DNA of 64,000 bases, taken from contig JANWYH010000005.1 in NCBI GenBank assembly GCA_025054715.1, forward strand, positions 32,335 through 96,334, given 5' to 3'. Below are positions 50,539-59,827 of this stretch, piece after piece. Origin of the DNA: Pyrinomonadaceae bacterium (GTDB taxonomy: Bacteria; Acidobacteriota; Blastocatellia; Pyrinomonadales; Pyrinomonadaceae). A program made the translations under genes and the position numbers. Below the pieces are notes generated by a model. The model made no database searches and was not told where the DNA came from. It was given only the letters and a program-made list of their open reading frames with translations. The number at the start of each line of letters is the position of its first letter. Within the stretch, counting starts at the first letter, position 1.

Positions 50539-51216
50539 TTGATGAAAAACTTTTTACTAGCTTGCCTTTTTTCATTCTCTTTTGTCAACATAGTTTCTAG
50601 TCAAGCAATCCGTCCTAGAATAGTTGAAACCATCGAAGCAAAACGCCCCATTGAAGTGCCCGTAACGAAAACGCTCATAACACAACCAAAGGTTAATCAG
50701 CCTGTTGAAAATCGTCCAATGATCAGTAAAACAGCAGACGTAAAGCCAGTCAGTTCGCCCGTAAATTTCGATCTAGTTCCAAAAGACATCCTAAAAAACT
50801 CTCTTTTTGACTCTTACACAACTTCGCTTCTTTTTTCATCAATACAAACAAAGCTCGGTTTTCCCTACCGCTATGGTAGTGAAGGACCAGACAGCTATGA
50901 CTGTTCTGGATTCATCTGGAGCGTTTTTCAATCGGCCGGAATTGATTTTGAAAGAACAAGCGCAAAAAAGTTATGGATTATAAGCGAGCCTGTTTCAGAA
51001 GAGGAAAAATATAAATTCGGCACTTTAGTCTTCTTCAATCGCCTAGGTCATGTCGGAATCGTAGTAAACGAAAAAGGTTTCTACCACGCCTCCAGAACCA
51101 AAGGCATTGTTTATTCGCCATTTGCCGGATACTGGGAAAAAAGAATTGTCGGCTTTAGAAAGCTTAATCTTCGTACCACGGAGCCTGAAAAAGAAAAAGC
51201 GGATTTGATAAGATAG
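50539..51216 (+). CDS. NlpC/P60 (C40) family cell-wall peptidase
   Basis: Signal peptide, then YRYGSEGPDSYDCSGFIWSVF (catalytic Cys) and GHVGIV (His). Confidence 0.85.
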   Translation: MMKNFLLACLFSFSFVNIVSSQAIRPRIVETIEAKRPIEVPVTKTLITQPKVNQPVENRPMISKTADVKPVSSPVNFDLVPKDILKNSLFDSYTTSLLFSSIQTKLGFPYRYGSEGPDSYDCSGFIWSVFQSAGIDFERTSAKKLWIISEPVSEEEKYKFGTLVFFNRLGHVGIVVNEKGFYHASRTKGIVYSPFAGYWEKRIVGFRKLNLRTTEPEKEKADLIR

Positions 51217-51220
51217 ACTT

Positions 51221-51577
51221 ATGTCACAAGATTTCAAGCCGGGCGATTTTTTGATTTTCCAGCTGGAAAGTGCTTACGGCGTTTTGAGAATTCTGGATAT
51301 TGAGAAAGATCAGGAAAGCACGATCTGGCATCTTGCAGCCTATAATGAATTTTTCTTGGACGTAGAATCAGCCGAAGAAGCCATAAACAAAGGAATACTC
51401 ACAATTAACATTCCACACGTTGCCCTAACCAACCGAGCATTCTTTGCAACTCAAACTGCCAGAATGTCAAATCAGTCTTTAACAGACAAAGAACTTAAAC
51501 CACTTCATGATTGGAAAAAAGATCCTAATCATCAAGTCCATGATCGATCGATAAGGCTAATGATAGGAATAAGATGA
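51221..51577 (+). CDS. Hypothetical protein
   Basis: 118-aa ORF starting 4 nt after the NlpC/P60 gene. No signal peptide and no recognisable motif. Confidence 0.5.
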   Translation: MSQDFKPGDFLIFQLESAYGVLRILDIEKDQESTIWHLAAYNEFFLDVESAEEAINKGILTINIPHVALTNRAFFATQTARMSNQSLTDKELKPLHDWKKDPNHQVHDRSIRLMIGIR

Positions 51578-51616
51578 ATGTAAGACTTTCGACAGTGCGG
51601 ACCTTTATGCCTTGAC

Positions 51617-52288
51617 TTAGACTAGCCTTTTGTATTCGTCGAATTTGCCTTGAAGAATATCATTTCTAATACTATCCAAAAGCTCTGTAAGTTCTTGCTG
51701 CATCTTTGCTTTTAAGGTAGATTTACTGACTCCGGTTCCTCTAATAACTTCCGAATTACCAACCTTTGCAAAGGCTTCAGGCTTGAAATCCTCTAGAAAC
51801 TCATATCTAAATGCTAACGGCACTAGAATCAGATCTTCAACAGCTTGGACGATTCTAACAACACCGCTTTGAATTTTAATTGGACGAATATCATTAGGTT
51901 CTATCTTTCCTTGAGGGAAAATTAAAATGGCGCATCTTTTGTTTTGCTTCATCAAATTAGAAGCATATTCGAGGCTTTTCAGAGCCTGTTTTGGACTGTG
52001 TTTCGGAACCGAAAAAGCCCCTAGCCACCGAAAGAAAAAATACTTTCTTAGCTGACTTTCTTGCATCATTACGAACCAATCAAGTTTTGTATGTAAGGAA
52101 ATCTCATAAGCTATCAATCCATCCCACCAGCTAGAATGATTTGCATAAACTAAACAAGGCAAATTCTCCACTAAATCTAAATTTTCCAAACCAGCAACTC
52201 TTAATGTGTTAAAACGCCTGTCTATAAGATTTCGATTATAGAATGCGAAAACCTTCTCAAAAAATACATTCTTACTAGCCTTTATCAT
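51617..52288 (-). CDS. Lysophospholipid (1-acyl-sn-glycerol-3-phosphate) acyltransferase family protein
   Basis: 223 aa. Shows the HX4D motif in YANHSSWWDGL and a downstream FPQGK block (PlsC-like). Confidence 0.75.
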   Translation of the reverse strand: MIKASKNVFFEKVFAFYNRNLIDRRFNTLRVAGLENLDLVENLPCLVYANHSSWWDGLIAYEISLHTKLDWFVMMQESQLRKYFFFRWLGAFSVPKHSPKQALKSLEYASNLMKQNKRCAILIFPQGKIEPNDIRPIKIQSGVVRIVQAVEDLILVPLAFRYEFLEDFKPEAFAKVGNSEVIRGTGVSKSTLKAKMQQELTELLDSIRNDILQGKFDEYKRLV

Positions 52289-53402
52289 CTCGATAAACTC
52301 TGTAAACTCTTTTACTTATTCCACATGTTATTTCATACGAAATGGTGCCACAAATTCTTGCAATGTCCTCTACGCTCACTTTCAAGTCACCTTTTTCTCC
52401 TATCAAAATCACCTCATCACCTAACCGCACTCCTTTAATATCAGTCACATCGATTAAAGTCCAATCCATCGAAATGCGGCCAACCACTGGAGCATAAAAA
52501 TTCTTTAGTATTACTTTTCCTCGATTTGAAAGCAGCCTCGGATAACCATCGTTGTAACCAACTGGAAGAGAAGCAATTACTGACGGTCGCTCAGTTCTAA
52601 AAGTCAGGCCATAGCCTATTGGCTCGCCAGCAGGAATGTCCTTGATAAAGCTAATCTTAGTGTGAAAGCTCATAACTCGCTTTAGTTTCGGTCTCTCAAC
52701 CCAATCAGGTAATATATCCTCCCAAATACCATAAATTATCCCGCCTAGCCTAACCATGTTTCCTCTAGCTTCCTTATATCCAAGGCTGGCAGGTGAGTTT
52801 GCCATATCAAAATAGATTGGACTAAACCCAAAGCTCCTAAAAATTCGTATAGATTCTTTAAATCGATCTATTTGAAGCATCGTAAAGCTTTTGTCTGAAT
52901 CCGCCGCAGCAAAATGAGTCATTAAACCCTCCACCTCAAGGTTTTCAAAGCTTCTAAGTCTTCTTGCAAAAGTTTCTGCTCGGTCGAATCTGACACCAAC
53001 TCTATTCATGCCGGTATCAATTTTAACGTGTATCTTTACGGTTTTTCGCAATCTTCCTGCTAAGTGATTTAATTTTTCTGCCTTTTCTAGATCAAAAATA
53101 ACCGGTGTTATGTCGTATTCTAATATTGCTTCCTCTTGCCCTTCCCAAAAGCTACCCAAACACAAAATAGGTTTGTTAATACCATTCAGTCTAAGCTCGA
53201 TACCTTCTTCAGGAAGAGCTACAGCAAACCAATCAACGCCTGCTCTCTCAAGACATCGAGCGCATTTAACAGCACCGTGTCCGTAAGCATCGGCTTTTAC
53301 TACCGCCATGTATTTTATCTGCTCACCTAAAAGACTTTTTATTGAAAGAAAATTGAAAGCAAGATTTGAAAGGTTTATCTCAACCCATGTGGGCCTCTGC
53401 AT
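52275..53402 (-). CDS. alr: Alanine racemase
   Basis: 375 aa with the AVVKADAYGHG PLP-lysine motif and overall Alr pattern. It overlaps the downstream acyltransferase gene by 14 nt. Confidence 0.92.
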   Translation of the reverse strand: MQRPTWVEINLSNLAFNFLSIKSLLGEQIKYMAVVKADAYGHGAVKCARCLERAGVDWFAVALPEEGIELRLNGINKPILCLGSFWEGQEEAILEYDITPVIFDLEKAEKLNHLAGRLRKTVKIHVKIDTGMNRVGVRFDRAETFARRLRSFENLEVEGLMTHFAAADSDKSFTMLQIDRFKESIRIFRSFGFSPIYFDMANSPASLGYKEARGNMVRLGGIIYGIWEDILPDWVERPKLKRVMSFHTKISFIKDIPAGEPIGYGLTFRTERPSVIASLPVGYNDGYPRLLSNRGKVILKNFYAPVVGRISMDWTLIDVTDIKGVRLGDEVILIGEKGDLKVSVEDIARICGTISYEITCGISKRVYRVYRDDKG

Positions 53403-53459
53403 AATTTGAAATTACCATAAAAGAAGCGATGCACGAAGACTTGATCCAACCTTGTAAAG

Positions 53460-54641
53460 ATGATATTCAAGAATCTGAGGTATCGAGCAATGGGTAGGGA
53501 TTTTTTTAGAGATATTGAAAGCTTGGTTTCCGAGTTTTTTGAAACTATAGCCGATGTAACCGTAGGCACTGCAGAAACTTTACGAGATGGCTCTGAATAC
53601 GAGCCTGTGAAATTACCTGCAGACCTTGCTGCGCATCGCAAAGCTCAAACCGAATGGTGGTATTACACTGGTCACTGCAAAACAGAATCAGAAAAAGAAT
53701 TCGGATTCGAGCTAGTCTTTTTCAAGCGCAGAACCGACATAGATAAATTTGGACCCGTTCCGTTGAGATTAATTGGCAACCCCATATACTTTGCCCATTT
53801 CGCAATAACCGATCTGCACAACAAACGATTTCGATATGCTCACAGGAAAAGTGCAAATAACCTTCTAGATTTCCCCGCTTCAGCCAGCGAGAAGCACTTT
53901 TTCGTCAAAATAGGGGATTGGTCAATCCGCGAATCCCCCGATGGACATATTTTAAGGGCTTCTATGGAAAACACATCCTTTGAGGCAACTCTTACTCCAT
54001 TAAAACCAGCCATTCTAAACGGAAAAAATAAAGACGGTGTTTCCTTCAAGGACGAAGGTGAAGCCTCACGTTACTTTAGCTATACAAGGATGAAGGTCGA
54101 AGGCTTTCTATCTGAAAACGACAAGGTCGAGAAATTTGTTGGCTCTGCATGGATGGACAGAGAGTTTGGAACATGGGCACCGACGGAAAAACAGAAAGGA
54201 TGGGACTGGTTTTCTATACAACTCGACAACAACTGCGAATTGATGTGCTACCAGCTCCGTGATAGTAATAATCAAGTCTCTGAGTTCTCTTGCGGAACCT
54301 ATGTAAACGAAAAAGGCGAATCCTTTTTCCTATCAAATGAAGACTTTAAGATAGAGACTCTAGACTTCTGGAAATCTCCTCATACAAACGCTGTGTATCC
54401 ATGCAAATGGCAAATAAAAGTTGACAGTTTCGATATTGACCTAGTTATAACACCATTCCTTAAGGACCAAGAGTTAGATACGCGAGGCACTACAATGATA
54501 GTTTACTGGGAAGGTGCCTGCAAAGTTGAAGGAAGTCCGTCGAATGGTAAAGCCTATGTTGAGTTAGTCGGCTACGATCGTTCACATGAAAGCCCTAATT
54601 TGGCATACTTTCTAATGGGCAATGAATTTGTAAAAAACTAG
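53460..54641 (+). CDS. AttH/CrtC-like lipocalin-fold protein
   Basis: 393 aa. QTEWWYYTGHC...FGFELVFF and WMDREFG motifs are typical of AttH / carotenoid 1,2-hydratase-like proteins. Confidence 0.6.
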   Translation: MIFKNLRYRAMGRDFFRDIESLVSEFFETIADVTVGTAETLRDGSEYEPVKLPADLAAHRKAQTEWWYYTGHCKTESEKEFGFELVFFKRRTDIDKFGPVPLRLIGNPIYFAHFAITDLHNKRFRYAHRKSANNLLDFPASASEKHFFVKIGDWSIRESPDGHILRASMENTSFEATLTPLKPAILNGKNKDGVSFKDEGEASRYFSYTRMKVEGFLSENDKVEKFVGSAWMDREFGTWAPTEKQKGWDWFSIQLDNNCELMCYQLRDSNNQVSEFSCGTYVNEKGESFFLSNEDFKIETLDFWKSPHTNAVYPCKWQIKVDSFDIDLVITPFLKDQELDTRGTTMIVYWEGACKVEGSPSNGKAYVELVGYDRSHESPNLAYFLMGNEFVKN

Positions 54642-54651
54642 TTCGACTCGG

Positions 54652-55104
54652 ATGAAGGCTTTAGAAAAAGCAATAAAACTTCTTGCAATAAAATACTATT
54701 CCGCTTCGGAATTGCAGCAGAAACTTCGTCAGAAAGGTTTCTCTGATGAGGAGATCAAAGACGCAATCAAACGCCTAGAAAGATACGGCTATCTAGACGA
54801 CGAAAAATTTGCCCAAAACTTTGTCGAATCCAAAATCAAGCAAAAACCCATTGGGAAGAAGTTAGTAAAACAAAAACTCAAACAAAAGAAAATACCGGAC
54901 AAAATAATTGAAAAAGCCGTAAGTGCTATCAAAGAAGAAGAACTTATAGAAGTAGCTTTAGAGAAGCGACTGCAACAAAAAGGCTGTCCTAAAAATCAAA
55001 AAGAAGTTAAAAACCTATATAATTATCTGTTAAGACGAGGCTTTTCAGGTGATATAATCATGGAAATGCTACGAAAAGCCGATATATTCAAACTCACCGA
55101 CTAG
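54652..55104 (+). CDS. recX: Regulatory protein RecX
   Basis: 150 aa. Repeated three-helix modules are present (YSASELQQKLRQKGFSDEEIKDAIKRLERYGYLDDEKFAQNFVESK...). Confidence 0.85.
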   Translation: MKALEKAIKLLAIKYYSASELQQKLRQKGFSDEEIKDAIKRLERYGYLDDEKFAQNFVESKIKQKPIGKKLVKQKLKQKKIPDKIIEKAVSAIKEEELIEVALEKRLQQKGCPKNQKEVKNLYNYLLRRGFSGDIIMEMLRKADIFKLTD

Positions 55105-55435
55105 CAAGGCTATTCTCGACTAATCATGGATTGCTGAAAAATATTCAAAGAAAATAAACCGCAAAAGCTTTAAGAATTTTCAAGTGCCTAGTCAGTTCTT
55201 GGAAAGCAGAGCTGCCACCTTTTTGAGGAAAAATTCTCCGGATACAAGTCTCAAATCCGAATGATATAAAATTGCAATTGCAGAAGTTGCATCTGCATGT
55301 TCATCCTACAAAGGAACCCCATGCAACAAACTTCATGAACTTGACCTAACCAACCAAATCTATTGTCAAGCGATTGATTACGTTGAAGTTTTCGATTTTT
55401 CACGAACAAAAAAGGATTTTTTTGGATGGATTTTG

Positions 55436-55510
<75 letters not shown>

Positions 55511-55526
55511 ATTAACTATAAGAAGC

Positions 55527-55562
55527 AGAAGCGACGCTTTTAACGTTAAAAGCGTCGCTTCT
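55527..55562. repeat. Perfect 36-nt palindrome (16-bp stem hairpin) between tRNA-Gly and tRNA-Cys
   Basis: agaagcgacgcttttaacgttaaaagcgtcgcttct equals its own reverse complement (checked base by base). Confidence 0.9.
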
Positions 55563-55570
55563 AAAACTTT

Positions 55571-55646
55571 TGGAGCGGGAAACGAGGCTCGAACTCGCGA
55601 CCTCAACCTTGGCAAGGTTGCGCTCTACCAACTGAGCTATTCCCGC
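55571..55646 (-). tRNA. tRNA-Gly (anticodon GCC), CCA encoded
   Basis: gcgggaatagctcagttggtagagcgcaaccTTGCCAAggttg...gcgagttcgagcctcgtttcccgctcca. Confidence 0.92.
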
Positions 55647-55703
55647 TTACTTTTCAATCTTACTGACAAATTTTATTTTACAACCTTCGTTTCTGTTGTC
55701 AAG

Positions 55704-55789
55704 TGGCGGAGAGGACAGGACTCGAACCTGCAAGCCCGTAAGGGCGGCGGTTTTCAAGACCGCTGCGTTACCAATTACGCTACCTCTCC
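55704..55789 (-). tRNA. tRNA-Ser (anticodon UGA), CCA encoded
   Basis: ggagaggtagcgtaattggtaacgcagcggtCTTGAAAaccgc plus a long variable arm (cgcccttacgggc), the T-arm and cctctccgcca. Confidence 0.9.
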
Positions 55790-55896
55790 GCTTTTCAAAT
55801 CAGTCCGAAACAAAAATGATAGCTTAAACTCGCCAAAAATACAAACCCGCTTCGATAACACTTCAACCAAATAAACTTTTGATATAATCTTTTAAC

Positions 55897-56826
55897 GTGA
55901 ATCTGATCGAAACAAACAATTTAATTTCATGCCCAAGATGTCACAGACTTTCGCCTCCAACAAGACATAACTGCCTTTATTGCGGCACAGAAATAATTAT
56001 TTCGAACAACTCATCGAAAAAACATCGTAAACCAGAACCATGGGAAAAAGGATATAATCTAGTTATCTTAAACTACTTTCAGGAAAACTATTTTTCACAA
56101 AAACCGCATCAATCAATCGACATAGACCCTGAAGACTTACAAAGTTTGATAAATCAGAAAGCAAAAGCTCCTATTAGTCGCGTTCTTTCTCGACAAGAAG
56201 CAGAAGAACTTGCACGAGCGCTGGAAGCTATCGGGCTTATCTGTGATATAGTTCCAGACGTAGCTCTGGAAAAAATGCCAAAGAGACTCCGTAGAATTGA
56301 CTTTCAAGAGGAAAAAACAATATTGACCCTTTTTAGCGGCAAAGTCTTGGAAATTGACAGAAATAATCTGACACTTGTGGTCGAAGGTAAAGTATTTAGA
56401 AAACGCATCCATGCGGTAGAAGAAAGACGAAAAAAAAGAAACCAACTAAAAGAAAGCTCCGAATTTGACGAAGACGAACTGTTAGCCGACATTTACATAG
56501 ATGAACATTCAACAGGTTATAGAATTCTACCGACAGGATTTGATTTTTCTTCTCTCGGCTCGGAGAAAAGAAATTTAGCAGTCGAAAATTTTCCTATTTT
56601 GATAGAAAAACTCATTAAAAGCTCTCCAAAAGTCCATTTCATAAACAACTATCCAAAGATTCGCAAAACTCTTGACAAAATCTGGCCAGTAGAAGAAAAA
56701 CATAACCGAATACGCTGGCGAAGGAAGAGCTTTGGCAGTTATGAGTTTGAAAATGAAATCCTGTTTAGCAATCTCGAACAGTTCAATAAATATTCAAATC
56801 TGCAGTGGTATCTAACGAAAAGATGA
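55897..56826 (+). CDS. Hypothetical protein with N-terminal zinc-ribbon
   Basis: 309 aa with a GTG start and CPRCH...CLYCG at the N-terminus. The stop overlaps the rlmB start (ATGA at 56823-56826). Confidence 0.6.
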   Translation: MNLIETNNLISCPRCHRLSPPTRHNCLYCGTEIIISNNSSKKHRKPEPWEKGYNLVILNYFQENYFSQKPHQSIDIDPEDLQSLINQKAKAPISRVLSRQEAEELARALEAIGLICDIVPDVALEKMPKRLRRIDFQEEKTILTLFSGKVLEIDRNNLTLVVEGKVFRKRIHAVEERRKKRNQLKESSEFDEDELLADIYIDEHSTGYRILPTGFDFSSLGSEKRNLAVENFPILIEKLIKSSPKVHFINNYPKIRKTLDKIWPVEEKHNRIRWRRKSFGSYEFENEILFSNLEQFNKYSNLQWYLTKR

Positions 56827-57590
56827 GAAATGAGAGAATAATCTGCGGAGTAAACCCCGTTTTAGAATTGCTACGTTCAAATCCGCAAAAAGTCACCAAG
56901 GTTTTTATTTCAGAAGGCAGGACTGGCAAGCTTTTAGACGAAATTTACTATCTTCTTCGCTCAAACAACATTCCCTTCCAAAAGACGCCACGTCAAGCAC
57001 TGAAAAAATATACGAATCAAAGTCACCAAGGCGTGATTGCGATAGTTTCTCCTTCAACTTATCACAGCGAAGAAGATCTATTAAGCAAAATTGCCCAAAA
57101 ACCTACTTCAATAAGCATCATTTTAGACGGTATCGAAGACCCGAGAAACTTTGGCTCTATCCTAAGAACAGCCGAATGCGCAGGAGTTGATGCCGTGTTT
57201 ATACCTGAAAGAAGGTCAGTCGGTGTAACTGAGGTGGTCGCTAAAACTTCCGCCGGCGCTGTCGAATATGTGCCAATCGCAAGAAGCTCAAACATTAACC
57301 GACTCATCGAAAAAATGAAAAAAAACAACATCTGGGTGGTAGGAACTGACGCAAAGGCAGAAATAGAATACACGGCTTGGAAATGGGATGCAAAAACTGC
57401 ATTGGTCTTAGGAAGCGAAGGAAAAGGATTACATGAGCTCACAAGAAAAAAATGTGATGCATTGGTTAAGATTCCAGTATTTGGAAAAATAGAAAGCCTA
57501 AATGTCGCCGTTGCTGCTGGTGTGATTTTATATGAAATCATCAGACAAAGAAATTTCCAAAAACATTCTCAAAATGCGATAATAAGATAG
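56823..57590 (+). CDS. rlmB: 23S rRNA (guanosine-2'-O)-methyltransferase RlmB (SpoU/TrmH family)
   Basis: Shows the SpoU substrate-binding N-terminus (ICGVNPVLELL), LDGIEDPRNFGSILRTAE, and the C-terminal knot motif LVLGSEGKGL...IPVFGKIESLNVAVAAGVILYE. Confidence 0.85.
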   Translation: MRNERIICGVNPVLELLRSNPQKVTKVFISEGRTGKLLDEIYYLLRSNNIPFQKTPRQALKKYTNQSHQGVIAIVSPSTYHSEEDLLSKIAQKPTSISIILDGIEDPRNFGSILRTAECAGVDAVFIPERRSVGVTEVVAKTSAGAVEYVPIARSSNINRLIEKMKKNNIWVVGTDAKAEIEYTAWKWDAKTALVLGSEGKGLHELTRKKCDALVKIPVFGKIESLNVAVAAGVILYEIIRQRNFQKHSQNAIIR

Positions 57591-57639
57591 TTTTTTTCGT
57601 TAATCTCAAAGCATCTAACTAAAAAGAGGTGCAAAAACC

Positions 57640-59712
57640 ATGCTAAAAAATGTGCTTGTTTTCTTTTCGTTTCTTGTTTCCTTGCAAAACTCTCTTTCGC
57701 AGGATACCCGCCGGACAGGCCTAGACTTTGATATTGTAAACTACAAGGTTGAGGCTAGAATTTTTCCCGAACAGAACCGCCTCGATGTTCAAGCTGACGT
57801 TTCTATCTTGCCTCTTTCAGACACAAGAACGGTAATCTTTGAACTAAATGGAGCATTGAAGATTGAAAATGTAACGAAGCTCATAGATTTACAGCCATCT
57901 CCAACGCCTCAACGAGGAAGACCAACCCTAACACCAACACCACCGAATAAGATAACGTTCATTCAGGATCAAGTCGGAGTATCTGAGCTCGGACCAAAAG
58001 TTACTATAGATCTTGGCGAAATCGTTACAAAAAATACTAGTGTTACTCTAAGATTTAAGTACTCTGGAATTTTGGTAACGCCTCAAGGCGGACCTCTCCT
58101 TACTAAAAGACTTGCTTTTATAGGCGATCGATACGGTTATCTAACTTACGCCTCCCGCTGGCTTCCCTTTCATGACTACGCAGCCGATCGTGCCACTGCA
58201 GATATCACAGTATATTTGCCAAAAGGTTATAACGCTGTTGCTTATAGTGATTCTTCTTCTGCCGAACAAGGAAAATATCGCTTCATATATACCAATCCGA
58301 ATTTCATTGGCAATATAGTCTATAGCAATTACTTTCTTACAACAAAACTAGACCAGGAAGGCTATGAATTTCTTTTTTACACAAAACCTGGAACGGAAAA
58401 AGCTGTAAAGTCTTTTTCTGATATAATTAGTAAATCGTTTGATTTCTACACTAAGCAATTTGGCTTACCTGACTGTGGTTCTAAATTGATTATAGCCCAG
58501 ACGGATGATGAAACTTTGGATTTTTACACAGGACAAGGAATTATACTCATCTCAGACAAATTCTTCGACGAAACAAACGCTGTCACTGCTGAACGATTAC
58601 CTCGTGAAGTTGCATATCAATGGTGGGGATACACCGTAGGATTAAAATCTTTCGATGATGCTTGGCTCTCACAGGGACTTGCAGAATTTTCTGCTATAAA
58701 ATTTCGAGAAATCGGAGCTTCTGAAGCAAAGCTTGAACAAATAAGGCGTGAACTCTTAGAAAAAGCCCTCACCTTTGAACAAGTAGCCTCGCTTACGCGC
58801 GCACCGGCAATACTAGATGATACCTCAACCGCCTATCAATACATAATGTTTGGCAAAGGTGCTTTAGTTTTCAAACTTCTTGAGGAAACTTTGGGCAAAG
58901 AAAAGTTCAATCTTCTTTTGAGAACTTATCTCCAAAACTACCGCGGTAAAAACGTCTCAATTGCCGAATTTGAAGACCTTACCTCGAAAATCGCAGACGA
59001 GCCAATGAGATATTTCTTTGCAAGATGGGTCGAAAGCACAGGGGTTCCTGAATTTTCAGTTGATTATGTGATCCTACGAACTCGCGATAAAAAATTCATT
59101 ACCCGCGGCACAGTCAGACAAAACTACAGCAATCTCAGGCTTCCTGTAGATATTCAACTAGTCACAGAAGCAGACACCTCAACGTTAATCAAAACCGTTA
59201 TGATTGAGGACGTTAGCGCAGACTTTCAAATAGAATCAGAAACAAAACCTCTTCAAGTAGTCGTTGATCCAAAGTTTAAGCTTCTTAGAACGTCCGATGA
59301 ATTAAAAGTTTCCGCAATAGCTAGACGTGGCATAGAGCTTTTCAAAGAAGGCAACCTAGCCGAAGCACAGCAACAATTTGAAGCTGCACTCAAACTCGAT
59401 AGAGGCAACACTTGGATTTACTATAACTTGGGACTGCTTTACCTAGAACAACGTAACTATGATCTTGCAATTGACAACTTTAAGATAGTAACACAAGCCG
59501 ATAGAGAGAGAGTTCGTCCAGCATGGATTTACGTATGGTCATTTATAAAGCTTGGTAATGCCTACGATGCAAAAGGCGACAGAATAAGAGCAACTGATGC
59601 TTATAAGAAAGCTCTCGACGTAGGCGATAACTACGACAATGCACAAGAAGTAGCAAAACGCTTTCTTGCAGAACCCTTCGATCCGAGGAAGAACCAGCTC
59701 GGTAGCAACTAA
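57640..59712 (+). CDS. Secreted M1-aminopeptidase-like protein with C-terminal TPR repeats; zinc-binding motif degenerate (probable pseudo-peptidase)
   Basis: 690 aa with a signal peptide. The M1 core context REVAYQWWGY...(18 aa)...WLSQGLAEF aligns to the HExxH-x18-E signature, with H->R, H->Y and E->Q substitutions. C-terminal TPR-like repeats are present (AEAQQQFEAALKLD..., YYNLGLLYLEQRNYDLAIDNF...). Confidence 0.75.
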   Translation: MLKNVLVFFSFLVSLQNSLSQDTRRTGLDFDIVNYKVEARIFPEQNRLDVQADVSILPLSDTRTVIFELNGALKIENVTKLIDLQPSPTPQRGRPTLTPTPPNKITFIQDQVGVSELGPKVTIDLGEIVTKNTSVTLRFKYSGILVTPQGGPLLTKRLAFIGDRYGYLTYASRWLPFHDYAADRATADITVYLPKGYNAVAYSDSSSAEQGKYRFIYTNPNFIGNIVYSNYFLTTKLDQEGYEFLFYTKPGTEKAVKSFSDIISKSFDFYTKQFGLPDCGSKLIIAQTDDETLDFYTGQGIILISDKFFDETNAVTAERLPREVAYQWWGYTVGLKSFDDAWLSQGLAEFSAIKFREIGASEAKLEQIRRELLEKALTFEQVASLTRAPAILDDTSTAYQYIMFGKGALVFKLLEETLGKEKFNLLLRTYLQNYRGKNVSIAEFEDLTSKIADEPMRYFFARWVESTGVPEFSVDYVILRTRDKKFITRGTVRQNYSNLRLPVDIQLVTEADTSTLIKTVMIEDVSADFQIESETKPLQVVVDPKFKLLRTSDELKVSAIARRGIELFKEGNLAEAQQQFEAALKLDRGNTWIYYNLGLLYLEQRNYDLAIDNFKIVTQADRERVRPAWIYVWSFIKLGNAYDAKGDRIRATDAYKKALDVGDNYDNAQEVAKRFLAEPFDPRKNQLGSN

Positions 59713-59716
59713 GATG

Positions 59717-59791
<75 letters not shown>

Positions 59792-59827
59792 ATAAGCCTA
59801 GATTTTATTTTATTTGATAAACCAAAG

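Noticed and set aside
55183-55220. SRP-RNA-like string gtcagttcttggaaagcagagc downstream of recX.
   Set aside because: It resembles the 4.5S RNA helix-8 region only superficially. The flanks do not form the required long hairpin, and the GGAA tetraloop context is not reproduced.
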